Shown here: one piece after another, positions 37,600 to 49,770 of the stretch
How positions within the stretch are numbered: position 1 is the stretch's first letter
Layout: every line of letters begins with the position of its first letter
NCBI RefSeq assembly: GCF_036321535.1
Contig: NC_087436.1
Span: 119,910,001 to 119,974,000 of the forward strand
Direction of reading: 5' to 3'
Length of the DNA stretch: 64,000 nt
Origin: Camelus dromedarius
Taxonomy: Eukaryota
Notes under the pieces: generated by a model
The model's database searches: none
What the model saw: only the letters and a program-made list of their open reading frames with translations
What the model was told of the DNA's origin: nothing
Translations under genes and position numbers: made by a program

Positions 37600-39629
37600 C
37601 CACTATGTGTGTATCAGAGTGAACTTTCTTATCTGAAAATGTAGGAAATACCTTCTTTGCAGCTTGCTGGAAAGTCTAAAGCAAGAAGTGGTTTTGCAGA
37701 AATGGTGTTAGCGTGGCCATGCCTTCTGACCCCGCAGCGTGCTTGGGGACATTGGGGACGTATCATGTCCCCACTTGTCGCTGGGGAGACAAGTTCAAGG
37801 AGCCTCCAGGCACATGGCAGTGAAGCTGGGCCTGGACCCAGCCCTCAGCATCCATACCCCACCCTCTCTGTCCTGCCTTCATCCTCCCTCCAAACTGCTC
37901 TCCCACCTCCTACCCTCCCTTCCCTCCTCCTCCCACCCTCCCTTCCCTCCTCCTCCCTCTTCCAAACCATCTGAGGTTCTTCCCTCCCCTCCTCCTTCCT
38001 GACCCTGCTCCCTTCCTAATGCTCCTGTGTGTCCACAGCCTAAGGCTTCTCACCAACCCTTGCGGCCATCATCCCATTTTACAACCCAGCCTGTGAGCTG
38101 TTCAGAGTCCCCGAGCCGGGATGGGCTGTCTCCCTCCAAGGCTGGTGGTCCCTTGCTCCATCTGTCATGGTCTGGGGGGTAAATCTCACGTGGGGCCTCT
38201 GGGAGGCTTGGGGGTGCGGGTTTCAGCCCAGCTAGTGAGGCCCAAGTTCGTCCTGCCCCATTCATACAGGAAGCTTCAGGTCCTGGCCCAGAAGGACTGC
38301 ACACTCATCCTAACTTCGGGGGCCTCTTGGGGCTGAGCCCCCAGCCCAGTCAACCTTGGCCAGGCTCTTCGGCTCTTGCCAGCAGCCCTTTGGAAGCCGG
38401 CTCGCAAGGATGGATGATGTCGGGGGAGGTGGTGTTGGCTTTGAAGAAACTCCGTCCCCACCTCCCGACCCCGCCCCGGCGGGCTTTCTGAAGCAGCCCC
38501 AAAGCACTGGGATCCTGGGTCTGTGGCCAGGGGTGTCCACCACGGGGACAGATGGGTGGGCTTCCTACAGACGTCCGCTGTCCTTCCCCGGCCCTGCCCG
38601 TGTTTATCTGGGGCACTTGGAGCAGTGGTTACACTTCCTTCCTTGTCTTCTGTGTCAGCATCCAAGGGACACTGGGGACGTCCTCAAAGGATGACACAGG
38701 GCCATTTCAGCCGACAAACAGAAAACCCCAGCAGGCCATGGGTAAGGAAAAAAACCCTTCTTCAAATTGGCAAAGCCACCAGGAAGCCACTGGGGCTGTC
38801 GTGGGCAAGGCTTTTAAGCGCCGCGTGTAGCCTTGAGCTTCTCCCCTTTATAGCTTCAAAAGACCAGTCCCTGGTTTAGACCTCGCGACAAAGCCCCTTT
38901 CATTCTCTCCAGGGCTCTGTTGTTTACAGCGGCCAGTCCTGTTCATTATCTTTGTGGCCCCACTAACCGGCCGCTTTCATCTCACTGTTGCTAACGATAC
39001 ATATTTTTTTAAGTACAAGCTACACCAGGACACACTGGTATATCTGGAGCCAAACAGGTCAGTTCTGCAGCTGCCTCACCGGCCGTTACCATGACCACAG
39101 CAGTGCACTTGGGCTGCCCAGCCCGGGGGACCCCTGCGTGGAGCAGGAGAGGCCGGGGGCAGACTTCGCGGCGCTCCCCCACAGCCGGTTCTCCTGTCTT
39201 TGAGGCTGCGTGGATGACGGCACTCCCCCGCCCCTGCCAGCCGGTGTGGTCCTGTGGGGGGGTGGGGGTGGGCGTTGGTTCCAGGGGAGCACGCGAGAAG
39301 CCCACGTGCAAGTCTCCAGCCCCTCCCCATCCAACCCCTGAGGAGGTCAGGGGCCGGGAGCCTGGGTCCCGGAGTGGCTGTGTGGAGCGCAGCCTTTGTC
39401 AGCTCGCTGCGGACAGGTGGCCGGGCGGAACGTAAGCCTTCGATGTGTCAGGTTGCTGGAACCGCAATGTGAATTTGCAGCCAAACCTCATCTATCCTTT
39501 CTAAAATATAACCCTTATTTTGTAACATGGTGAGGATTTGTTCAATGAATGACTGAATGACATAAACCACCAAACAATATCTGGCTCCGGTAGGTGTACG
39601 ATAAAGGCTAGAAAACGCTTGAAAATGAA

Positions 39630-40125
39630 TGCCAGTGAGGAGCTGCTCTGGTTCTGTACTGCTGCCCAACGAAGCTCCCCAAGACTTACTGGCTTAAGAC
39701 GTCAATTTATGGTTATCCCCATGGCTCTGTGGTTGGCTGCCCGGCTGGGCTGCCCTCATCTGAAGGCTCTACTGGGCTTGACGTCCAGGTCGGCCCCTCA
39801 GTTGATACTGGCAGTTGGCCGAGGGCTCAGCAGGACTTCGGCTGGAGCGTGTAGACACCTAGATGTGACCTCTGCAGGTGACTTGAGTGTCCTAGTGGCT
39901 GGGTTCTGAGAGGGAACATTTTTGAGCATCCCAAGGGGCCCAGACGGATGTGCAAGGCTCCCTGTACTGCGCCTCAGAAGTCCTGGAGCATCACCAAGCC
40001 CAGCCCAGGATCGGGGAGGGGACAGGGCCTCTGCCTCTTAGTTGGGGAGCGGGCAGGTCACAGTGCAGAAGGGCAGGTGAGGCGGGAGGTCTCACTGTGG
40101 TCGCTGTTGGACAGTGCAGCCTGCC
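39630..40125 (-). mobile_element. Older MLT1 (H/I-type) LTR
   Basis: tgctgcccaacgaagctccccaagacttactggcttaagac...ctctgtggttggctg. Confidence 0.6.
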
Positions 40126-41369
40126 GCAGGTGCCTGTTACCAAGGGGCAGAAACACCTGCTGACGTCAGAGCAAATGGACCCTCATCCAGTGGTGGGGGC
40201 TGTAAGCTGACCCAGCTGTCCTAGGTCCCTTCCAGACCCTGCCTTCCCTGGTCCCCAGCCTCTCGCCCTCCAAGTGTTGGCTCTGTCATCTTTACCCCCA
40301 GCCAGGCCTCAGCAGCCCTGGAGAGACAGGATCGCTTCCAGGTGAGGCCGCTGCTCGGAGCCCTGCCGAGACCTGTCCAAACTGCGGGCCCTTGTGAGTT
40401 GGGGGCAGCCCTGGGTGGACAGTGAAAACAAGAGCTGATGCCACGGTGACAGGCGGGGACGCCTTTGGCCAATTAGTCCAGGAGCACCGCAGCTGAGCTG
40501 CTGGAACTTACTTTGCAGAAATTACCGAATTTTAAATGAGTAATACTGTCATTATGGTTAGACGCGCTGGCTGCAGGGATGTCTCTGCCCCTCGCGGGAG
40601 CCTGTGCAGAGGAAGATGCCACGTGGAGACTCTCTGCTCATAAAGCACAGAACACAGACCAAATGGGCATTTATGGAACCATCCTGACAGTCTCCACTTT
40701 GAGGTTGTTTTTCATTCGTTCAGTTATTCAGCCTCTTCTGAGCAGGTTTGACTGCCTGGACCTGAGCGACAGCAGGTGATACCAAAATAAAGACACTCAA
40801 TTCCTGCCTTCAAATGTGCCTGGTCTCTAGGGAAACAAAAACAAGGACAGAGAGGAATGGGGTGGATTTGTCAAGAGAAAGGGTGCTGGGCCCCATCCCA
40901 GTGCAGCACTGCCAGCTGTGTGCCTCGGGGAAGGACCTTGGCCCCTGAGCCTCAGTTTCCCCATCAACAGGTGCAGTTGCCTACCGTGGGGGTTGTGGGA
41001 TTCACTAACACGAATGTTCATTGCCTGCCATAGTGTCTTCATGTGGCCTTGAGTGGGAAGTAAAGTGAATGCACTTTTGGAATGAAGGGAGGCCTGCCCT
41101 TTGCTCCCATGGGCCACAGAGGAGGCACTGATTTGGGGTGTTGGGGGCTTTCCTCCTCAACACCAGCCCCACGTGGGGCTTGCAGTGGAGTTCTGGGTAT
41201 CTAGGAGGCGTGCTCTGGGAATGATGCTCCCTCGTCAGCTGCTCATCATTCCAGGCCTGCATTGTCCGTGTGCCTGCTTCCTCCTCTGCAAAGTCAGGGC
41301 AATGACAGTAGCATCTTTGCCGAGCTGTTTCGAGGACGCAAGGAGATGGGACACGAGCTGTACCGGAGC

Positions 41370-42651
41370 AACACGTCTGCCACCAAATGTGCAGCACCCT
41401 CCCCAACCTCCTTCTCAACTCCCCAGTTCTGTTCTGACACTGTCACCTGGGATCAGCACAGACCCCACAGGTCAAGGGCTTGGTCCCAGAAAACCGCCCC
41501 TACTCCAGGCAACAGTTGCAAGTTCCAGGTTGTCACCGTGCTTCTGACAGATCTTCCATGGATTCAGGGTTTCCCACGACCCTTCCCCCAGGGTGGACAG
41601 TTTGCTAGGGCAACTCACAGAGCTGGGGCAGAGCGCTTCCCTTGCTCATCCTGGCTTATTGTAAAGGACACAGCTCGGGAACAGGCAGAGGAGCAGCCGC
41701 CCAGGGCCGGGAACGGGGTTGGGAGTGGGGAGCATCCACGCCTCCCCCGGGGGCACCGCCCTCCCGCACCTGGATGTGTTTGTTACTGAACTCAAGTTTG
41801 GCTGCTCGTCACTCAGAAGCCAATAATCAAGAGGCAAGTGTCAGTAGAAAGGATAGACACTTTAATCAGAGAAGCTGGCAACCTGGGGAGAGGGTGGACT
41901 CGTGTCCAGAGACCAATTCCAAAGATTCTGCTCAGCCATGATAGTCTTTAAGGGAAGAAAAGGTGGGGGAGAATCTCAGTGACTCGTCGAGGCAGGAGGC
42001 TGGGTTCCGCATCCTTGTCCACTGTGTGCAGACCGGCGGACTCTCTCTTCAGACACTATCTTGGCCGCGTGATCTGCATGCCTGCAAGGTTGCCAAGGGG
42101 GCCGTTGAGGGTAGAGAGCTAATCATTCTTTAACTGCTTCATTCTTCATTCTTCTTTTTACCCAGGAGAAGAATCGCCAGGTCAGAGAGGCATGGTGTGC
42201 GTCCAGGGAGCGCAGGGCAGGAGTTAGCTTCATTGCTTAGTGTTCTCATTCTTACATTCAGGTTCTTTTAGATTAGAGGGGACAGAGATGGGCAAACAGG
42301 AGTGGGGCAAAGAGCTGCTTTCATAGTCACCAACTCAAAATCTCTGGAGACGCATTGTGTGGGTGTCTTCAGGAGGTTTTGCTGTGTAGGCACGATGGCT
42401 ATTTGTGACGGAACTCAAACTCCAGCCCCTCTCCCTTTGCTGGAGGTAAGGGTGGGGGGGGGTAGGCAGTTCTGACTCTCTAATCTCCCCTTGGGCTGTC
42501 TGTTGACCAGCCCCCATCTTGACACTAAGGGGCCCCCCACCACCAGTCATCTCATTCACAAGACACTTTTATCACTCTGGGGACTGTGAAGGTTTAGGTC
42601 TTTTGTGCCGGAAACCTGAGACAAAGACCAAATAGACACTTGTTATGCCAC
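41370..42651. mobile_element. MER21-like LTR split by a nested LTR
   Basis: ttctgacact...cagaccccacaggtcaagggct on the left; caactc...ctccagcccctctccc...acaaagaccaaata on the right. Confidence 0.75.
41781..42323 (-). mobile_element. ERV solo LTR nested in the MER21-like element
   Basis: tgttactgaa...ttca termini. It interrupts the MER21 phrase gatgtgtt|cacc, and ATTAAA lies on the minus strand near 41861. Confidence 0.65.
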
Positions 42652-44009
42652 AGCCCTGGATGTCCAAATTCCGGGGCTTCCTCATCTCTTCGCAGTCCTA
42701 TACGAGTGGGCGGAGGGCCCTTTTATTCTGATCTCCGTGCACGCACAGGTGCTTACCGAGCGCTTTCTAGGTGCCAGGCACTCTGCTGCTCTGGATATAT
42801 TTCATGGTGCACCTGCCCTCGGGGGTCACGGTCTGGCGTCTGCAGTGCCCCGGGCCCGTGGGGACCCACAGGTGCGCGGCAGCTGCCCTCTCCACCTTCC
42901 CCGTCATGCGTCATGCGTTACGCGTTACCACCGCGGAAACTGGCGGTTGCCCGCGAAGGCTGCACTGATGCAAGGGATGCTTTCGCTGGCGCGAGTGGCG
43001 CTCTTCCCCACAGGTTTGACTCAGCAGCACAGTGTACCTTTTGATTGGGCGTTGGCTGTTCTCACAAGACATAAAACAGCTCCGCGTTAGGTTAGCAGAC
43101 ACGAGTATATAGAAGAAGGGATACGTGAGCCTGGCGCAGATGTGTGCGGTAGGGGACGTTCCAGCGTCCCTTTCTGGGAGGGCAGAGGGTGCGGAGGGAG
43201 CCGGGGAGATGCTGACTCAGGCAGGGGCGTGGCTAACGGCTCCTCCCGGTGGAGAGCTGTCGCTCTGGATTGCCGCACAGATATGCTCCCCACTCAGGTG
43301 GCTTTCTATAGGGACTTGCCAGACCCGCGTGTCAGATTCTGTCTACAAAGTGCCCTTCGGTGCCAAGACTCAGGGAAAATGCTGTTTAATTAGCAGGCTC
43401 AGAAAGATACCCAATTATGTGTAAATTGCCCTGGAAGATCCTGTTCTTTCAAATTTTCTCTCCTTTTGTGCTATAACCCGTTTCCACCTCCCCTCAGACA
43501 AGCTTGTTAATTTTTTAATGTAATTTTAAAAGGATCTGGGAGGAAGCCGAGTTCCTTCGGAGAGCCGTGGAGGCGCACCGGCTCCAGCACCTCGTGCAGG
43601 GCTCACGGGGAACGATGCGTCTCCACCAGGCACCTCAGGCTCCCCGGGCACTTTCTGTGCTGGGCGCCTTGCTGTCCACACCCACGCGACCCAGAGACAG
43701 GAACTGTCCTGGCACCTGGCGGCACTCACCACCTCAGAGCAGCTGGGTAGACAAGTGTTGGGGGCCCTAGCGGCCAGCCCAGCGCCGCACCTCGTGGCCG
43801 AAGGACGGGATCTCACCTGCTGAGGGAAGAGACTCCAGAAGCCGCTCTATTCAAGGGGTGAGGGGCTCACAGGATGCCCTCGGGATTTCCAGAGTAAGGG
43901 GCTCAGCTCTTTGAATTTGGAAAAACCCCAGTAGGAAACCCCAGGGAGCCATGACACAGTGTCACACCGCAGAAGAGGCACTGTGCTGTGCCTGGGGGAC
44001 GATTTCCTC

Positions 44010-45094
44010 TGTCAAAGAAAAAAATTAGTCCACTTTAGGAGAGGCTTGATTTGAAAACAGTTTCAATAGGGGGTGGGGCTGATGCAATAGAGGGAGGGCC
44101 TATTACAATAGGGGAGGGGCTGTTACAGTGGGGAGGGGCTGTTACAGTGGAGGAGGGCCTATTACAATAGGGGAGGGGCTGTTACAGTGGGGAGGGGCTG
44201 TTACAGTGGAGGAGGGCCTATTACAATAGGGGAGGGGCTGTTACAGTGGGGAGGGGCTGTTACAGTGGAAGAGGGCCTGTTACAATAGGGGAGGGCCTAT
44301 TACAATAGGGGAGGGGCTGTTACAGTGGGGTGGGGCTGTTACAGTGGGGAGGGGCTGTTACAGTGGAGGAGGGCCTATTACAATAGGGGAGGGCCTATTA
44401 CAATAGGGGAGGGGCTGTTACAGTGGGGAGGGGCTGTTACAGTGGAGGAGGGCCTATTACAATAGGGGAGGGCCTATTACAATAGGGGAGGGGCTGTTAC
44501 AGTGGGGAGGGGCTGTTACAGTGGAGGAGGGCCTATTACAATAGGGGTGGGGCTGTTACAATAGGGGAGGGGCTGTTACAATAGGGGAGGGTCTATTACA
44601 GTGGAGGAGGGCCTATTACAATAGGGAAGGGGCTGTTACAGTGGGGTAGGGCTGTTACAGTGGAGGAGGGCCTATTACAATAAGGGACGGGGCTGTTACA
44701 AAGGAGGGGGTTTATTACAGTGGGGGAGGGACTAGCAATGAGGGGCGGGGCTATTATAATGGAGCAGTGCTTTTACATCAGGGAGGGGACTCTGACTGTG
44801 AGACCTGGAGCATCCCACAGGTGATGGGAGAGGGTTTCCTTCTGTGCGAGAAGTAAGTGGGAGGAAGGACTGGAGCAGGGGAGGCGTGAGCAGGCGGTGA
44901 GCTGCTTTGTGGTCAGCTGACCCTCAGAAGGGGCAGTGCAGGAGGGGTCATTCTGTGTCCGGTTTTGCTAACCTCAGGAGTGAGTCAGTCCAGGGCCTGC
45001 AGCCAGGAGACGAGCCTGCCTGAAGTCAGTCCGGGCAGAGTATCTCGCTTCGTCCAGCTCGGTCAGTGGGGTCCGCAGGGTGGCAGTTCTTTCA
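44010..45094. mobile_element. LTR-like element hosting a minisatellite
   Basis: Starts tgtcaaagaaaaaaatt and plausibly ends ...ttca. No clear TSD, so the boundaries are uncertain. Confidence 0.45.
44066..44760. repeat. G-rich minisatellite of 19-21-bp units (~35 copies)
   Basis: Units ggggaggggctgttacagt (19), ggggagggcctattacaata (20) and ggaggagggcctattacaata (21). Confidence 0.95.
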
Positions 45095-45116
45095 TGAGCA
45101 GAGAGTGGAATTTGGG

Positions 45117-45245
45117 GGCCCATATACACTGGGGCCACCCACGCTCTGGAGGGGAACCTAGCCTTCAGGCAGCGGGAGTGTTTGTTGAATGAATCTATGA
45201 GCATCAGGGACCTCAGTCTGGGTCAGCTGCCTTAAAAATAGAACT
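45117..45245 (+). repeat. Dispersed direct duplication, copy A (partner 55912-56040)
   Basis: Aligns by eye end to end with 55912-56040 at roughly 85% identity. Confidence 0.9.
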
Positions 45246-46724
45246 TGGGGGACTGTGTCACTTGTAAACAAGGGGGTCCCCACGTGTCCTCTAGGTCCCA
45301 GGGGCCAGGGTTCTCGCAGCAGCTCTTTCCTGGAGCACAGATGGCAGGGATTTCGCTGGTCGGTGTTGCTGGGAGCACAGGCTCAGGTGGCATTCAATGC
45401 TGTCACCTCAGAGGGGGCCACAGGGCAGCTGTCCTGACTCACGGTGGAGCCGGCTCCCCGGGGTCCAGGAGAGAGCCGTGGCTTCCTCCCCTGGGGTTGC
45501 CAAGGTGGGGGCTCTGCCACCGTCCCCCCACCCCCTCAGTTCTGTCCATCTGGGGGAAGGGGCTTCAAAAGGGCTCACTGTGCCGCCAACCCAGCAAGAC
45601 CACAGGAGGGGAACAGCGTCCTAGCCACCCTCTGCATCTGGAGCTGATTAGGGCTCTGCCCTTACAGTGATCGTGGGTCAGGCCGGCCTGAGCCGAGCCT
45701 GGCCCAGCCTGGAGGTGCAGACAATGGGCGGTGGGCAGATGGATGAATACGCCAGGGTGCACCTACTGTGTGCAGGCCGTGGGCGGGCTCTTGGAGGGGA
45801 GGGCGGGAGAAGGCGAGAGGCAGGCAGATGCTGGCGTTCCCCCTACTTCTGCTTTCTGCCACTGGAACATTTGTTCTGCTGAACTTGCTTGGGCTTTGTC
45901 CATGGGAACCCTCTGCCCTGTTTCTTTGACTCTACACAGTATTCCTCCACTTCTCAGGTGTGGCGTGTGGAAGCCACAGCGAGTCACCCAGACCATGAGC
46001 CCCCAGATCCTCATGGCTCCTGAGCTGCTGGCAGGGTCAGTCGGACTCCAGAATGCACCTCTTTGCCCCTCAGCCACTGCCAACCTAGTCAGCCAGGGCT
46101 GGGAGGGCACTGGCGTGGCCTCTGAGGATGGAAGTGACCACTGTCCATAAGCCAGGCACCAAGAAAGGCACTTAGCGCTTGGCACAGGTTGTCCCCTTGG
46201 CAGCCTTAGGAATGGCCCCATCCTCACCCTGCCGCCGACCTCCACTTGGATGTGGATCTTGGAGGAAGGGGCCACATGCAAGGGGTGCAGTCAGGCACCA
46301 GGGGGGGACAGGTGTGCCACTGGGACCTTCAAATGGAAAACTAGGCCCCCCAGACCCCAAGCTGTGCCCCACGAAGCTCCCCAGGCCACAGATTCCTTTA
46401 CGGCTCTAGCTTCTACCCCGGCCCCGAGGCTGCCCCGCAAACTGCGTGCACCTCCTGCATGCACTGTTCCTTCTGGCCACACCCGCTGTGATTCCATACA
46501 GCCCAGGGCGCCTCCCGTCTCCCTCTGGGGAGCCCGGCTGGGGCAGAGCGTGCTGCTGGGGAGGAGCTGGGAGAGGTGCCAGGGCGGGGCGGCCCGGCGG
46601 CGGGGGACAGAGTGGGGTCCTGGCTCTAGGGCTTGGACGTCACCCTAAGCCGCAGTGAGGCCCGGGGAGGTCTTCTAAATGCGTAAGTGTCTGCGGGGCT
46701 TTGTGCACTCTTCCCTCTCTCATC

Positions 46725-47225
46725 AGGTCCTAATCTGACTGCCTCTTGCTGCTGTGGCGCCTTAATACAAACTCGAAACAACGGCAGTCTGTTCCCTGAG
46801 AGCCTGGCGGTCAGAAGTCCGCGATGGTCTCAGTGAGCTGAAGTCGCAGCGTCCGCGGGGCCGAGCTCCCAGCCGGACCCTAGGGGAGCGTCTGTCCCTG
46901 ACTCGTCCGGGCTTTAGCGCATCCCTTGGCTGGCGGTTCCTCCCCATCTTCAAAGCCGGCGGCGAAGCCTCTTCAGTCTCTCTGACTGGGACCCTCTGCT
47001 CCCACTGTCACACCCCCTTTCCTCAGTCGGACCCTCTGCCTCCCTCTCGTCAGGACCCTTGTGATTACACGGGGCCCACCCAGATGGTCCAGGGTGCTCT
47101 CTCACCTCAGGATCTTTAATTAGTCACACCCACAAAGTGTCTGTAGCCGCAAAAGGTCACATACCCCCGGGTCCCCAGGGTGAGGGCGTGGGCACCTTGG
47201 GGGGTGAATTATTTTGCCAGCTGCA
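46725..47225 (-). mobile_element. MLT1 (D-type) solo LTR
   Basis: ggtcagaagtcc...ggacccttgtgattacacggggcccacccagat...aaggtcacatac. Confidence 0.75.
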
Positions 47226-47649
47226 CGGGTGGTCAGGAAACGTGACCTGCGGGAGTCCCTTACCTCAGCAGAGACTTGCTTTTGGACACAGTCTTGGTGT
47301 CTTATCCTGAATGTTCCCCAAGTGTCCGAAAGAACTGTGTTTCCCAGGAGTTAGTTAGAATGTCCCGAACATACCCCTGGATCAGGCGCGTTTAAATCTC
47401 CTGGAGTCTCGCCGGTTTTTGTCTGCTGGCCTGTTGGTTGCTGGGAGCTCTGCATTACACTTTGTGGGCTCAGCGCAGCTTTGTGACTTTTTTGCTTGTA
47501 GTTCTGTCTACTTTGGGTTTACTTGTCTGGAGGCTATATTCTCTGAGATTAGAGTGTCATATATTGTTACGTCTTTCTTGGAAATTGAACCTTTTACCAT
47601 TAAATTAGTGAACTTTCATCCATCTAGCAGTGATTTTGCCTGGACTGTG

Positions 47650-49037
47650 CATGTGTGTGTGTGTGACTGTGTGTGTGTGACTGTGTGTATTTGTGTGTGT
47701 GTGTGACTGTGTGACTGTGTGTGTGTGACTGTGTGTGTGTGAGACTGTGTGTGTGTGACTGTGTGTGTGTGACTGTGTGTATTTGTGCGTGTGTGTGACT
47801 GTGTGTGTGTGAGACTGTGTGTGACTGTGTGTGTGTGTGTGTGACTGTGTGTATGTGTGTGACTGTGTGTGTGACTGTGTGTGTGTGTGACTGTGTGTGT
47901 GTGTGACTGTGTGTGTGACTGTATGTGTGTGACTGTGTGTGTGTGTGACTGTGTGTGACTGTGTGTGTGTGTGACTGTGTGTGTGTGTGACTGTGTGTGT
48001 GTGACTGTGTGTATCTTTGTGACTGTGTGTGTGTGAGACTGTGTGTGTGTGTGTGTGACTGTGTGTGTGTGACTGTGTGTATTTGTGCGTGTGTGTGAGA
48101 CTGTGTGTGACTGTGTGTGTGTGTGTGACTGTGTGTGTGACTGTGTGTATATGTGTGTGTGACTGTGTGTGTGTGTGTGACTGTGTGTGACTGTGTGTGT
48201 GTGTGACTGTGTGTGTGTGTGAGACTGTGTGTGTGACTGTGTGTGTGTGTGAGACTGTGTGTGTGACTGTGTGTGTGTGAGACTGTGTGTGTGACTGTGT
48301 GTGTGTGTGTGTGACTGTGTGTGTGTGTGTGAGACTGTGTGTGTGTGACTGTGTGTATGTGTGTGTGTGACTGTGTGTGAGTGACTGTGTGTGTGTGTGA
48401 CTGTGTGTGACTGTGTGTGACTGTGTGACTGTGTGTGTGTGACTGTGTGTGTGTGTGTGACTGTGTGTGTGTGTGACTGTGTGTGTGTGTGTGACTGTGT
48501 GTGTGTGACTGTGTGTGTGTGTGTGACTGTGTGTGTGTGTGACTGTGTGTGTGTGTGAGACTGTGTGTGTGTGTGACTGTGTGTGTGTGTGTGTGAGACT
48601 GTGTGTGTGTGACTGTGTGTATGTGTGTGTGACTGTGTGTGTGTGACTGTGTGTGTGACTGTGTGTGTGTGAGACTGTGTGTGTGTGTGTGAGACTGTGT
48701 GTGTGTGTGACTGTGTGTGTGTGTGTGTGGCTGTGTGTGTGTTTGTGACTGTGTGTGTGTGACTGTGTGTGTGTGACTGTGTGTGTGTGACTGTGTGTGT
48801 GTGTGACTGTGTGTGTGTGTGTGACTGTGTGTGTGTGTGACTGTGTGTGTGTGACTGTGTGTGTGTGTGACTGTGTGTGTGTGACTGTGTGTGTGACTGT
48901 GTGTGTGTGTGTGTGACTGTGTGTGTGTGTGACTGTGTGTGTGTGACTGTGTGTGACTGTGTGTGTGACTGTGTGTGTGTGTGACACTGTGTGTGTGTGA
49001 CTGTGTGTGTGTGTGACTGTGTGTGTGAGCGCGCGCG
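47650..49037. repeat. 1.4-kb interrupted (TG)n array with GAC/GAGAC spacers, ending in (GC)n
   Basis: Read directly. It explains the Thr/His-rich 486-aa ORF. Confidence 0.97.
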
Positions 49038-49249
49038 TGCGCTTGACTCCTCTTCCCGGGGACAAGGTAAAGATGGGCAGGCGTGCTTCTACGTTGGAGT
49101 TTTCTCTCGGCTCACCCTTACACCAAAGGCGTAGCCATCTGGGGTCCTAGCTTTGGGCTGAGGGCCTCTTACCAGGTTCCCTTTCTTGGCTTTGTCACCT
49201 GACCCCCACCTCTCATGCAGCCATTGAAACAGAGATCCAAGATGTCCCG

Positions 49250-49770
49250 TTGTCTTAGGGTTAGTTTCAGGCATGAATAACGGACAAACCCATCAGCGTG
49301 ACTTAATTAAGATAGAAGTTTGCTAGTTTATTTCCCCCTTGTGACCAATAAATCTGGCAGTGGTCAGTGCAGGGCTGGTTTGATGATCCTCAGCAAAAGG
49401 GATTCAAGTTCTTCTTTATTCTTAAGTCTGCATGGTTTCCATTTGCAAGGTCCCGCCCAGTCCAGAATGACTGCTGCAGTACCAGCCATTGTGTGCATAT
49501 TCCAGGTATAGGAAGGAGAAAGAGGGTGAAGACCAGCATGCTGTCACTTTAAGGACACTTCCCAGGTGCTTCACACAGCACTTCTGCTCATGTTCTTGGG
49601 CCAAATTTAGTTACACAGTCACCTCGAGCTCCACGGGAGTCTGGGAAGTGTGGCCTCTCTTCCGTGTGGTCACACATCCAGCTGAGAGTTGAGGGCTCTG
49701 TTGTGAGGAGGAAGAGGAGCATGGCTACTGGGGGACGGCTGTGGGGCCTGCCACTCCAGGAGGTGGTAGC
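49250..49770 (-). mobile_element. Old MLT1 (J/K-type) LTR
   Basis: ttagtttcaggcatgaataac...gacttaattaagatagaag...atgactgctgcagtaccagccat...cttctgctcatgttcttggg. Confidence 0.6.

Noticed and set aside
44066..44760. CRISPR-like regular repeats
   Set aside because: No unique spacers, no cas genes, and a mammalian context; it is a minisatellite.
47605..49065. 486-aa Thr/His-rich ORF
   Set aside because: Translation of the (TG)n/GAC array; stop codons are absent because of composition.
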